Source: a virus
Taxonomy: Duplodnaviria > Caudoviricetes
DNA: 64,000 nt
Direction: 5' to 3' (one strand)
Virus record (IMG/VR): IMGVR_UViG_3300036546_000172
Span: 64,001-128,000 of that record
How positions within the stretch are numbered: position 1 is the first letter of the stretch; every line of letters starts with the position of its first letter. The position numbers and the translations under genes are program-made. The notes under the pieces were generated by a model. The model ran no database searches and was not told the DNA's origin. It saw nothing but the letters and a program-made list of their open reading frames with translations. Of this stretch, positions 20,022-28,156 are shown piece after piece.

Positions 20022-20446
20022 TGGCTAAGAAGAGAGAGCTTGATCAGAAACAGGAGAAGAATGTCACTCTGTTTGACTTCATTAACGATATCTCTTGTGA
20101 TAAGCGCTACCTTCTCAATGACGACACGATCGGAGCCTATAACGCGTTTATGGTGAATCGTGGATTGTCACAGCATATGGATACTATACTGCTGGCGAAT
20201 GAAATGAATAAGAGATCCGGTGTAACAGACGAGATGCATCATGACTTTTTGTTCTTTGCTGTCGATAGTAAGAAGCGATATGGTAAATGGGCTAAGAAGA
20301 CTGAGACAGATGCAGAGGTGATAAATCACATCAGGCTCCAATACAACATTGGTCCTGAACGTGCAATTGAATATTTTAATCTGATGTCTGATGATGAAAA
20401 AGATCAGATTGAGAAACTCTTGAAATCAAAAGGTGGTAGAAAATGA
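20021..20446 (+). CDS. 62: clamp loader small subunit gp62
   Basis: FMVNRGLSQH...ANEMN...KKRYGKWAK. Confidence 0.9.
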   Translation: MAKKRELDQKQEKNVTLFDFINDISCDKRYLLNDDTIGAYNAFMVNRGLSQHMDTILLANEMNKRSGVTDEMHHDFLFFAVDSKKRYGKWAKKTETDAEVINHIRLQYNIGPERAIEYFNLMSDDEKDQIEKLLKSKGGRK

Positions 20447-20865
20447 AGTACACTGTTAATACCGATCGTAATGTTGTGCTGTCTAATATGGTCGAAATCG
20501 AATTCTGTGATAATGTACAGGATGGCTTTCGCAAGGTTAAAGAGACGCTTGAGCGCATGGGCATTCCGAAACGCGAGAGCAACGTCTTGATCCAAACAGC
20601 TCATATTTTGCACAAGCAAGGACGATACTACATCTGTCACTTCAAGGAGTTGTTCGCGATGGATGGCAAAGCAGCTGAGCTGTCTGAAGAGGATGTAGGT
20701 CGTAGAAACCTGATCGTGAAGTATCTCACAGATTGGGAACTGATCAAACCGATTACCAGTAACAGCGAACGTCCAGTATGCTCACCTCGTCGATTGAAAG
20801 TGATCAAGCACATCGATCGTGAAAACTGGGATTTCGAGAGCAAGTACAGTATTGGTAATCGGTAA
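20443..20865 (+). CDS. regA: translational repressor RegA
   Basis: KVKETLERMGI...QTAHILHKQGRYYICHFKELF. Confidence 0.95.
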   Translation: MKYTVNTDRNVVLSNMVEIEFCDNVQDGFRKVKETLERMGIPKRESNVLIQTAHILHKQGRYYICHFKELFAMDGKAAELSEEDVGRRNLIVKYLTDWELIKPITSNSERPVCSPRRLKVIKHIDRENWDFESKYSIGNR

Positions 20866-20872
20866 TAATACA

Positions 20873-20949
20873 GGGTCTTTAGCATAATTGGTTAATGCCG
20901 CGGCCTCATAAGCCGTACTATCTCGGTTCAAGTCCGAGGGGACCCACCA
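20873..20949 (+). tRNA. tRNA with CAT anticodon (Ile2/lysidine-type or elongator Met)
   Basis: Cloverleaf GGGTCTT/GGGACCC, anticodon loop CTCATAA, TTCAAGT T-loop, encoded CCA. Confidence 0.9.
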
Positions 20950-20975
20950 TTTTAAATCATGTAGAAGGTCTATAT

Positions 20976-22262
20976 ATGCAACTGAATGACAAACAATCGT
21001 ATGCGATGAAACAGGTGATCTCAGGCGCTAACCTGTTTATTGACGGCCCGGGTGGCGTTGGCAAATCTGTGCTGGTTCGTGAAATTATGGACAAGTTCAG
21101 CACATCGACGGTGTTCCTGGCACCAACTGGTATCGCAGCACTGAATATCAACGGGTCTACGATTCACTCCGCCTTCAAGCTCCCGTTCAATGTGTTGACC
21201 AAGCGCGATCATTTAAGAATCAACGACAAGACATTGGAGCTCTTTGACAAAGAGGGTCCGGTTAAGCGCATCGTCATCGATGAGATCTCTATGGTGAGGG
21301 CGGATCTATTCACCTGCATGGATCAGCAGCTCAGGCGCATTCGTCGTTTGAACCAACCGTTTGGCGGGTTGCAAGTGATCGTAGTGGGTGACTTCTATCA
21401 GCTGCCTCCGGTTCTGACACCTAAGGATAAGCACTGGTATGAGAAGGAAGGATTTACTTCACCGTTTGCATTCAGCACCGAGAGCTGGAGCGCCGCTGAC
21501 TTCGTTCATGTTGAGCTGGATCAAATCATGCGTCAATCAGATGAGCAAATGATCTCAAACCTCATGAAGATTCGACGCAAAGCTGATGGTTGGGAAAAGT
21601 CGGTTCAATTCTTCAACAGCATCGGTTCTGATAACAAAGAGACAGTGCTCGATGAAGATCCAATCTTTTTATGCGCTACCAACAAGAGCGCCAACACCGT
21701 CAATGAACTGAACTACAGCGAACTCGACGGTGAAGAACTGGTATCGTTTGCTCAGAAGAGTGGTCAGTTTACATCAGAACCAGCACCATTTGAGCTTCGT
21801 CTCAGATATGGTACCAAGGTGATCCTAACAGCTAATACTGAGAGCCATAAGAACGGCCAGGTAGGATACGTCATTGGCTTCATCGGTGATAAGATTGAGG
21901 TCCTGCTTGAAGATACTGAAGTGAAGATCCTGGTTGAGAAGTACAAGTGGGAAGAGATGGATTATGAGCTTGGAGCCGAGGGTCAGATTTCAAGAGTGCC
22001 GAATGGAACATATAAACAGTATCCGATGAAACATGGCTGGGGCATCACTATTCACAAGAGCCAGGGTCAATCTATCAATCACGCTATGATAGACACCGGA
22101 CGTGGATGTTTCGCTCATGGTCAAGCTTATGTGGCTCTATCCCGACTGCGCACACTTGAGGGTCTGGCTCTGTTGAATCCTCTGATGAAGCAGGATATTA
22201 TAGTGGCTCCTGAGATCAATGACTTTTACGAGAACGGGTGTCGAGGTATAGGTCTGTTCTAA
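20976..22262 (+). CDS. Pif1/Dda-like SF1B helicase
   Basis: GPGGVGKS, APTGIAA, DEISM, GDFYQLPPV, TIHKSQG and YVALSR; true start follows the tRNA. Confidence 0.92.
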   Translation: MQLNDKQSYAMKQVISGANLFIDGPGGVGKSVLVREIMDKFSTSTVFLAPTGIAALNINGSTIHSAFKLPFNVLTKRDHLRINDKTLELFDKEGPVKRIVIDEISMVRADLFTCMDQQLRRIRRLNQPFGGLQVIVVGDFYQLPPVLTPKDKHWYEKEGFTSPFAFSTESWSAADFVHVELDQIMRQSDEQMISNLMKIRRKADGWEKSVQFFNSIGSDNKETVLDEDPIFLCATNKSANTVNELNYSELDGEELVSFAQKSGQFTSEPAPFELRLRYGTKVILTANTESHKNGQVGYVIGFIGDKIEVLLEDTEVKILVEKYKWEEMDYELGAEGQISRVPNGTYKQYPMKHGWGITIHKSQGQSINHAMIDTGRGCFAHGQAYVALSRLRTLEGLALLNPLMKQDIIVAPEINDFYENGCRGIGLF

Positions 22263-22268
22263 CCGTCT

Positions 22269-22296
22269 GAGCCCGGGTCTCCCCGGGTTTCTTTTT
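22269..22296 (+). terminator. intrinsic terminator
   Basis: cccggg-tctc-cccggg hairpin followed by a T-run. Confidence 0.75.
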
Positions 22297-22314
22297 GAGT
22301 GTGTTAGCGTATAG

Positions 22315-22947
22315 GTGGAGATAGAAAACGTGATAGAGCGTATATATGATGGAGAGACGGTAATATGCATGGCCAGCGGCCCTAGCATTACCGAAGAGCA
22401 AGTAGAAACAGTGAGACAATCTGCACATCCGGTCATTGCAGTCAATAACACGTTTCAACTGGCACCCTGGTGCGATCATATCTTCGCAGCTGACATATTA
22501 TGGTGGTATCGATACTACAATGAAGTCACTGAAGTATCTGATGCCAAGAGATGGACACTGGAGGGAGTAGGACGTCATTTTCAGAAGAAGCGAGGGTATG
22601 ACAAGATATTACATGAGCTTCCATTTGATCGTGAGATGGGATTAGGCAAGACCAGAGTCAATCATGGCGGTAATTCAGGCTATATTGCAGTGAATCTAGC
22701 TTACCTGATGGGTGCTAAGAAAATCATCCTCATTGGGTACGACCACCAGCACACCAACGGCCAGCGACATTTCCACGGTGATCACGATCCTAAGCATTTC
22801 CGAACGAACGCTGATGACATTGATCGATGGGTCACTAATTTCGCTTGGCTGGATTGGGATCTGAGGAAAGAGGGAGTAAATCTAGTAAACTGTTCTACAG
22901 AGACAGCCTTAAACTGCCGTCGTGGTAATCTAGAGGATGAAATATGA
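22315..22947 (+). CDS. Rossmann-like sugar/nucleotide transferase-related protein
   Basis: ASGPS, IAVNN, GGNSGY.AVNLA, IILIGYD and NCS motifs. Confidence 0.6.
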   Translation: MEIENVIERIYDGETVICMASGPSITEEQVETVRQSAHPVIAVNNTFQLAPWCDHIFAADILWWYRYYNEVTEVSDAKRWTLEGVGRHFQKKRGYDKILHELPFDREMGLGKTRVNHGGNSGYIAVNLAYLMGAKKIILIGYDHQHTNGQRHFHGDHDPKHFRTNADDIDRWVTNFAWLDWDLRKEGVNLVNCSTETALNCRRGNLEDEI

Positions 22948-23576
22948 AGATCGTCACAGTGTTAAAGACTGGTGGAGACTTTGATCTCGAGTATGTTGAA
23001 GCCATAGCACAATCTGTACCTTCATGCTATGAGTTTGTGTGTCTCAGCGATGATCCTCGCGTTCCGGGCTATATCCCACTAGAGCGTAGTTATTCCGGTT
23101 GGTGGTCTAAGATGGAGATCTTTCGACCGGGTATTATTGACGATGATATGTTCTATCTGGATCTAGACACTGTCATTCTTCATGACATATCAGAAGAATT
23201 GCGTCAGTTGGAGCAAATAGATCACATTGTTATGTTGTCTGACTTCTATTTTCCGGAAAGATCCGCGTCCGGGATCATGTACATACCAGAATACTTGAGA
23301 TTAGCTGTGTGGTGCTCCTGGCTGAAACATAATCCTCAGCTAATCATGAGTCAGATGCGAGGTGATCAAGACTTCCTCAACACCCTGTATGATTCCTATC
23401 TGCGATTTGATGATGTAATTGACAAGGACTGGATCTGCTCATACAAAGCTCATATTGCTAAAACATATCCAAAACACCTCAAACCATCAGATGTAGATGT
23501 GTCTAAATCTAAGATCATCTGCTTCCACGGTAAACCAAGACCACGTGAAATCAGTGGTATATGGAAAACGAGATGA
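22944..23576 (+). CDS. GT-A fold glycosyltransferase
   Basis: GWWSKMEIF, YLDLD (DxD), GDQDFL and FHGKPRP. Confidence 0.8.
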   Translation: MKIVTVLKTGGDFDLEYVEAIAQSVPSCYEFVCLSDDPRVPGYIPLERSYSGWWSKMEIFRPGIIDDDMFYLDLDTVILHDISEELRQLEQIDHIVMLSDFYFPERSASGIMYIPEYLRLAVWCSWLKHNPQLIMSQMRGDQDFLNTLYDSYLRFDDVIDKDWICSYKAHIAKTYPKHLKPSDVDVSKSKIICFHGKPRPREISGIWKTR

Positions 23577-23926
23577 GGTGGAGATCAAGGACAGCGCTAC
23601 GACGGCTCTCAATGTAAAGGTTCTCTATCTCACTTGCCTCGGTTGTTTGAGACTGCGCATCAACAGTTGATCGATAATGGAATTACAGTATACAATGGAA
23701 ACATAGAGAGTCGGATTGAATGTTTCCCGAAATTTGACTATGTTAAGGAAGGGTATGAAGGATTCTATCGAGCAATGGCTCAAAGAGCTGGAGCCTCTGA
23801 GTTCACAGCACCAAGATCTGATGGAAAAATATACGACCGGGTCTGATAATGTTTCATTGAAGCAAATAGATCAGACATTCAGAAAGATGAAGCCACTGAT
23901 GAAGCAGCTCAGAGCTGCAGCTAGGA

Positions 23927-24397
23927 GTGATCATGATTAACGTTGAATATACTAATGCAGAATTGGATCATATGTTGATATCCAGAGAAGCTGATGTCAT
24001 TGCTGTTGGTATGAACTGCTTTCATCACATGCTGGGCATCAACAACCGGTTAAACAAGATGACCGGCGGTCAACTGATTATGACAGACTATCAAACACCA
24101 TACGCTGATATCAATAAACTCGGCACTCAGATATCCATCGAAGAGTCTATCTTTGGTCATCGTATTCAATTGGCTCTGCTCTATGTCAGTTACACCATAG
24201 CATCAGATGATCATAACTGCATCCATTATGTCTCGTTGTATGATTCGTTGGTCAGTCTGATCTCTGAGATGGAATCTGGACAGACGTTGTGTTTGCCGGT
24301 TATAGGCAATCCTGAATCTTTTAATCAGGCGCTGGACGTGATTGTCAGTGAATCAGACGATCTGCCTGACATCAATATTTTGGTATCGAGGACGTGA
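23927..24397 (+). CDS. degenerate macrodomain-like protein
   Basis: VGMNCFHHM...ADINKLG resembles the intact macrodomain gene at 52002. Confidence 0.5.
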   Translation: MIMINVEYTNAELDHMLISREADVIAVGMNCFHHMLGINNRLNKMTGGQLIMTDYQTPYADINKLGTQISIEESIFGHRIQLALLYVSYTIASDDHNCIHYVSLYDSLVSLISEMESGQTLCLPVIGNPESFNQALDVIVSESDDLPDINILVSRT

Positions 24398-24398
24398 C

Positions 24399-24863
24399 AT
24401 GCAAATTATGTTTATGAGTCGACATGAGTTTACAAATTTATGCTCTCAACTAAATTCGACACAATCGGCTATCATCTCTATCTCAGATAATACCGAAGAG
24501 ATGGAAGAAATGCAGCGGCTGGTTGAGACGCAAGCACCAACTGCACGTGTCATCTACTTGGCGTTTCAAGACGTAGATGATCATGATTGTGGTGGAATCA
24601 CGAACAATCAAGCTCGTAAGTTGTTCAAATTCATCAAGCAGAACAATGACTGCTCGTTCTATGTGCATTGCTTTGCAGGTGTCTCAAGGTCGGCGGCTGT
24701 TGCAAAGTTCATTCAAGAATATTACGATGTACAAGGCACAGTTCTTGAAAACTACAGGATCTATAACAATCGAGTATTCAGCAAGCTGATGTCGTTTGTA
24801 GGATCTATGAGTATCGAAGACTATTATCGTCAACTGGAAGCAGAGGAGCGTGGTTATGAGTGA
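24399..24863 (+). CDS. protein tyrosine / dual-specificity phosphatase-like protein
   Basis: VHCFAGVSRS CX5R motif. Confidence 0.85.
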   Translation: MQIMFMSRHEFTNLCSQLNSTQSAIISISDNTEEMEEMQRLVETQAPTARVIYLAFQDVDDHDCGGITNNQARKLFKFIKQNNDCSFYVHCFAGVSRSAAVAKFIQEYYDVQGTVLENYRIYNNRVFSKLMSFVGSMSIEDYYRQLEAEERGYE

Positions 24864-25203
24864 AGTTAGTAAGGTGAAGCAGCATCTGAAGCGTACAATG
24901 AAGCGTCCGATGAAACCAAGATTGGATGATTGTCCGGTGTGTGGTGCAAAGGATCAAGCAACTGACATCATCGCACACGGTCCAGGAATTGGAGTGCTAG
25001 GATATGAATGTGGTTGCTCAGTAGCCTCTGAAGAAGGAAAACTTACAGAGTATCGTAAATACGATGGAACAATAACTAAAAAGGAATAGACATGATCGAC
25101 TCAGTGTTACATCACGTACTGGTAGGTATCGCTTCAATAGGTCTGTGGATGATGCGTATCTTCTTTGATGTACTGAGTCGATTGTTTCCGTCCTTTTTCT
25201 GAG

Positions 25204-25524
25204 GTGACTATGAAACTGTTATTATGCACCAAATGTCAATCTATTTTCAGCTTAGTACAATCTAAAGTTCGTTCGTGTGAATGTGGTAACGTCAAAGGTA
25301 TCTACATCGATGACCTTAACGCCAGATTCACGTCCGATACTGAGGACTACTTCATGCTTGGCTTCGCCAACTACACGGTGAGCAAAGCTATTTCTGATTA
25401 TAGCAGGTATGGCAGTCCAGACGGAATGGGTCTAAACTTTACCGCCTTTGTCATACCAGAACCGTGTGATACCTTCATTCGTGTTGGTGCAGATGAGTTT
25501 AGTGAAATCGAGGCAAATTTGTAG
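25204..25524 (+). CDS. zinc-binding hypothetical protein
   Basis: CTKC...CECG. Confidence 0.6.
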   Translation: MTMKLLLCTKCQSIFSLVQSKVRSCECGNVKGIYIDDLNARFTSDTEDYFMLGFANYTVSKAISDYSRYGSPDGMGLNFTAFVIPEPCDTFIRVGADEFSEIEANL

Positions 25525-25980
25525 TAGATTTTATGCTCAGTGTAGTGTAATATGTGGTTGTCCATTGAGAAAGGAGCTGTATAATGAATGATTATATGCG
25601 CGGTAAAATTGAAGCTTGTATTGAACTGTCTGACGGTGATGCTGAGAAGTTTAAGCAAGACGTGATTAAGGTTACTGGACTCACAGATCAAGGTTTTCAC
25701 AATCTGAACATGACGGACGTAGCATTCGATATGCTGAACCGTGGAGAGGATCTCAACGAGATCATGGATGCTGTCCTATGAAGAAGATTATCAGATTCGG
25801 TCTCGCTTGGACAGTAGGTGTTCCATTTATACTGATCGCTTTGGGTCTTCTGGGATTGATGGCCGCAGTGTTCTCGTTGGTAGAGGATGATGATGAAGTC
25901 ACCGATTGTGGTAATTACATCAAAGAGATCGTTGCAGCCTGGTGGAAGTGGGCAAGTTTCTCGTCTCTTAAATAGGGTGT

Positions 25981-26049
25981 GGTGGGTGCTCTTAGGACGC
26001 TGACAGGGTATGGCATAAGCCGTCTGAATCGCAGCACCCACTCTTTTTT
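25981..26049 (+). ncRNA. candidate small structured RNA
   Basis: 10-bp closing stem ggtgggtgct/agcacccact, inner atggc/gccgt hairpin, preceded by TAAATA and followed by a T-run. Confidence 0.4.
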
Positions 26050-26078
26050 GCTCGGGTAGCCCAATAGGCAGAGAAATC

Positions 26079-26162
26079 GGGGGAGTGGTGAAATGGCAGA
26101 CACAGCGGTGTTAAGTACCGTCGCCTTAGCGCGTGTGGGTTCGAATCCCACCTCCCCCACCA
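26079..26162 (+). tRNA. tRNA-Leu(TAA)
   Basis: GGGGGAG/CTCCCCC acceptor, long variable arm, CCA; atypical loop GTTAAGT. Confidence 0.9.
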
Positions 26163-26198
26163 AACAACTCCCGATAGCTCAGCTGGATAGAGCAACAG

Positions 26199-26322
26199 AG
26201 ACAACAAAGCCTCGCGCTAGCTCAATTGGATAGAGCACCTCCCTTCTTTTGTGCATTCGTGTAGTGTACAAAAGAAGGAGGTGGTTACTGGTTCGACTCC
26301 AGTGCGCGAGGCTTTGTTGTCT
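26199..26322 (+). ncRNA. tRNA-Arg(TCT)-like RNA with a 27-nt anticodon insertion, an extended acceptor stem and no CCA
   Basis: Intact D and T arms; cttct-[27 nt]-aa; agacaacaaagcctcgcgc/gcgcgaggctttgttgtct stem. Confidence 0.7.
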
Positions 26323-26377
26323 TTAAAAATACAAAATATGATTCCCACTCGGGAATCCAATATAAGATAGGTGACAT

Positions 26378-26656
26378 ATGAATTCACATTTGAGTTTACT
26401 CGGATGCCGAGCAAGAGATAAAGTAACAGGTATCGAAGGTGTGGTAACTACTGTATCATTTGATTTGTACGGTTGCATTCAAGCAGTACTGACTCAGAAG
26501 GCAGATGAGAAAGGTGAGTATAAGATGTCACCGTGGTTTGATGTTACACGCCTTGACATCGTTGACCATAACCCGGTTATGACACAGCCGAACTTTGAAC
26601 TGGGATATGTTGCAGAAGGTAAGAAGGGAGCTGCAGAAAAACCTCAGCCTATGTGA
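26378..26656 (+). CDS. conserved phage hypothetical protein
   Basis: ARDKVTGIEGVV...DLYGC...WFDVTRL. Confidence 0.7.
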   Translation: MNSHLSLLGCRARDKVTGIEGVVTTVSFDLYGCIQAVLTQKADEKGEYKMSPWFDVTRLDIVDHNPVMTQPNFELGYVAEGKKGAAEKPQPM

Positions 26657-26703
26657 TGTTAAATCGACAGTTAGATAAATAGAAAGGTATAAACAAGGAA
26701 CCA

Positions 26704-26811
26704 ATGATGAACACTCAAAACACCATCGATGCGTCCAATATGCATCCCGGATATAGTAATTCGATGGCTCTCTGTGGCTATAAGCCAGGATACAGAGAAC
26801 GAGGGTTTTGA
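26704..26811 (+). CDS. 35-aa leader peptide (MMNTQNTIDASNMHPGYSNSMALCGYKPGYRERGF)
   Basis: AAGGAA RBS; the stop codon lies inside the antiterminator 5' arm. Confidence 0.7.
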   Translation: MMNTQNTIDASNMHPGYSNSMALCGYKPGYRERGF

Positions 26812-26864
26812 GCTGATATTGCAGTCATAGTTCATCAAACCCTCCAGTTGGAGGGTTTCTTTTT
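26801..26864 (+). promoter_or_regulatory. mutually exclusive antiterminator/terminator (transcription attenuator)
   Basis: gagggttt-tgagct-gat pairs with gtc-agttca-aaaccctc; the alternative is aaaccctcc/ggagggttt followed by cttttt. Confidence 0.75.
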
Positions 26865-26892
26865 ATACTCGGATAAGGTACAATGAGTTTTC

Positions 26893-26978
26893 GGGTAAGC
26901 GGTGAAGTTGGAGAGTCACACCAGATTGTAACCCTGGCGCCATGTGCTGAGTAGGTCCGAATCCTACCTTACCCACCA
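26893..26978 (+). tRNA. tRNA-Tyr(GTA), slightly atypical
   Basis: GGGTAAG/CTTACCC acceptor, long variable arm, CCA; T-loop TCCGAAT and an A-C mismatch in the anticodon stem. Confidence 0.8.
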
Positions 26979-27051
26979 ATAACAGTTGCACAACATCACA
27001 GGACATCATATAATATTTGTAAGTTAAGATGACCTAGAGAAGGAATCAGAG

Positions 27052-27537
27052 ATGAACGCAACTACCTATATCATGAGCAAGCTGGATGAAGTTTTCGCGC
27101 CAATGGATGCAAAAGTACTGGAAGCTTCAAAGAAGTGGGGCGTTGAGCGTTTTGAGGCGATCAAAGAGCTGAGAGCTTCAGGAGAACTGAACGGTTTGAA
27201 CTCAGCTGAGAAATATGATCGTCTCTACGCGGTAGCTGGTGGTAAGACTTGGTACAATATCTTCAACGGTCGTAATGCTAAAATGATCGAAGAGATCATG
27301 GAAAAGAATTGCAAGATGACCGCTGAGAAGCGGAATGCTAAGATTGCAAGTAAGTTGGAGAAGGCTGGCGTTACAGAGGTGCTCAGCTCTGACTTCAGCG
27401 ACACACACGATGGATTCAACGGCTACTTCGGCGTCGAAACCAACAAAGGTAAGAAGACAGTAGAAGTAGAAACAATTTATGCAGGTGGATACAACATTCA
27501 ATGCCTGCATCTGAGAGTACTGGTGAGGGTCAAATGA
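27052..27537 (+). CDS. conserved phage hypothetical protein inserted in the tRNA array
   Basis: TIYAGGYNIQCLHLRVLV C-terminus; own promoter (ttgcac...tataat) and terminator. Confidence 0.75.
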   Translation: MNATTYIMSKLDEVFAPMDAKVLEASKKWGVERFEAIKELRASGELNGLNSAEKYDRLYAVAGGKTWYNIFNGRNAKMIEEIMEKNCKMTAEKRNAKIASKLEKAGVTEVLSSDFSDTHDGFNGYFGVETNKGKKTVEVETIYAGGYNIQCLHLRVLVRVK

Positions 27538-27546
27538 CCCTCCTTT

Positions 27547-27623
27547 CGGAGCTTAGCTCAGCTTGGTAGAGCATCCGGTTTGGGACCGGAAGGTCGAAGG
27601 TTCAAGTCCTTCAGCTCCGACCA
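27547..27623 (+). tRNA. tRNA-Pro(TGG)
   Basis: Canonical cloverleaf with CCA. Confidence 0.95.
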
Positions 27624-27630
27624 TTTTTAT

Positions 27631-27718
27631 TCCCAGGTAGACAAACTGGTAAAGTCGCCGGACTGTTAATCCGGTTTCCGAAAGGATATTGTAGGTTCGA
27701 AGCCTACCCTGGGAGCCA
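27631..27718 (+). tRNA. tRNA-Asn(GTT) with a long variable arm
   Basis: TCCCAGG/CCTGGGA acceptor, CTGTTAA loop, tcc-gaaa-gga variable hairpin, G73 then CCA. Confidence 0.88.
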
Positions 27719-27724
27719 GACAAC

Positions 27725-27813
27725 AGAGAGTGATTCCAGCTGGTGCTGGAGACCGCCTGCTAAGCGGTTCGCCTGATTCATCGGGTGTGGTTCAATTCCA
27801 CCGCTCTCTGCCA
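27725..27813 (+). tRNA. tRNA-Ser(GCT)
   Basis: CTGCTAA loop, long variable arm, GCCA end. Confidence 0.88.
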
Positions 27814-27814
27814 T

Positions 27815-27913
27815 GGAGAGGTAAGCCGAAAGATCCGGGGTAGCGGCAACGGTCGTGAAAACCGAGGGTTTACGAAAGTAGACGTCAGGGTTCGAATCCC
27901 TGTCTCTCCGCCA
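27815..27913 (+). tRNA. tRNA-Ser(TGA)
   Basis: GGAGAGG/TCTCTCC acceptor, long variable arm, GCCA end; loop CGTGAAA has G33. Confidence 0.82.
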
Positions 27914-27919
27914 TATTGT

Positions 27920-27998
27920 GGTGAAGGTGGCCGATATTGGTTAAGGCGCAAGGTTGTGACCCTTGTATATGCGAGTTCGATTCTCGTCCTTCACACCA
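27920..27998 (+). tRNA. tRNA-His(GTG)
   Basis: G-1 present, TTGTGAC loop, CCA. Confidence 0.9.
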
Positions 27999-28003
27999 CT
28001 TAT

Positions 28004-28081
28004 AGGGGCGTAGCTCAGCGGTTTAGCAGCAACCGGCTTTTAACCGGTAGGTCGTGAGTTCGAATCTCACCGCCCCTACCA
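28004..28081 (+). tRNA. tRNA-Lys(TTT)
   Basis: CTTTTAA loop, CCA. Confidence 0.92.
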
Positions 28082-28082
28082 T

Positions 28083-28156
28083 GACGAGTTGGCCGAATGA
28101 CCAGGCGACGAGCTGCAACCTCGTTCATGTGAGTTTGAATCTCACACTCGTCTCCA
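28083..28156 (+). tRNA. tRNA-Cys(GCA)
   Basis: CTGCAAC loop, U73 then CCA. Confidence 0.9.

Noticed and set aside
20895-20975. N-terminal extension of the helicase ORF in the supplied track
   Set aside because: It overlaps a complete tRNA gene; the real start is the ATG at 20976
10812-23576. Stop-codon reassignment suggested by the in-frame TAA (10812) and TGA (23574)
   Set aside because: Core genes end normally with TAA, TGA and TAG, and no suppressor tRNA is present
26248-26274. Self-splicing group I intron in tRNA-Arg
   Set aside because: The U/G boundaries fit, but 27 nt cannot hold a catalytic core, and no bulge-helix-bulge motif is evident
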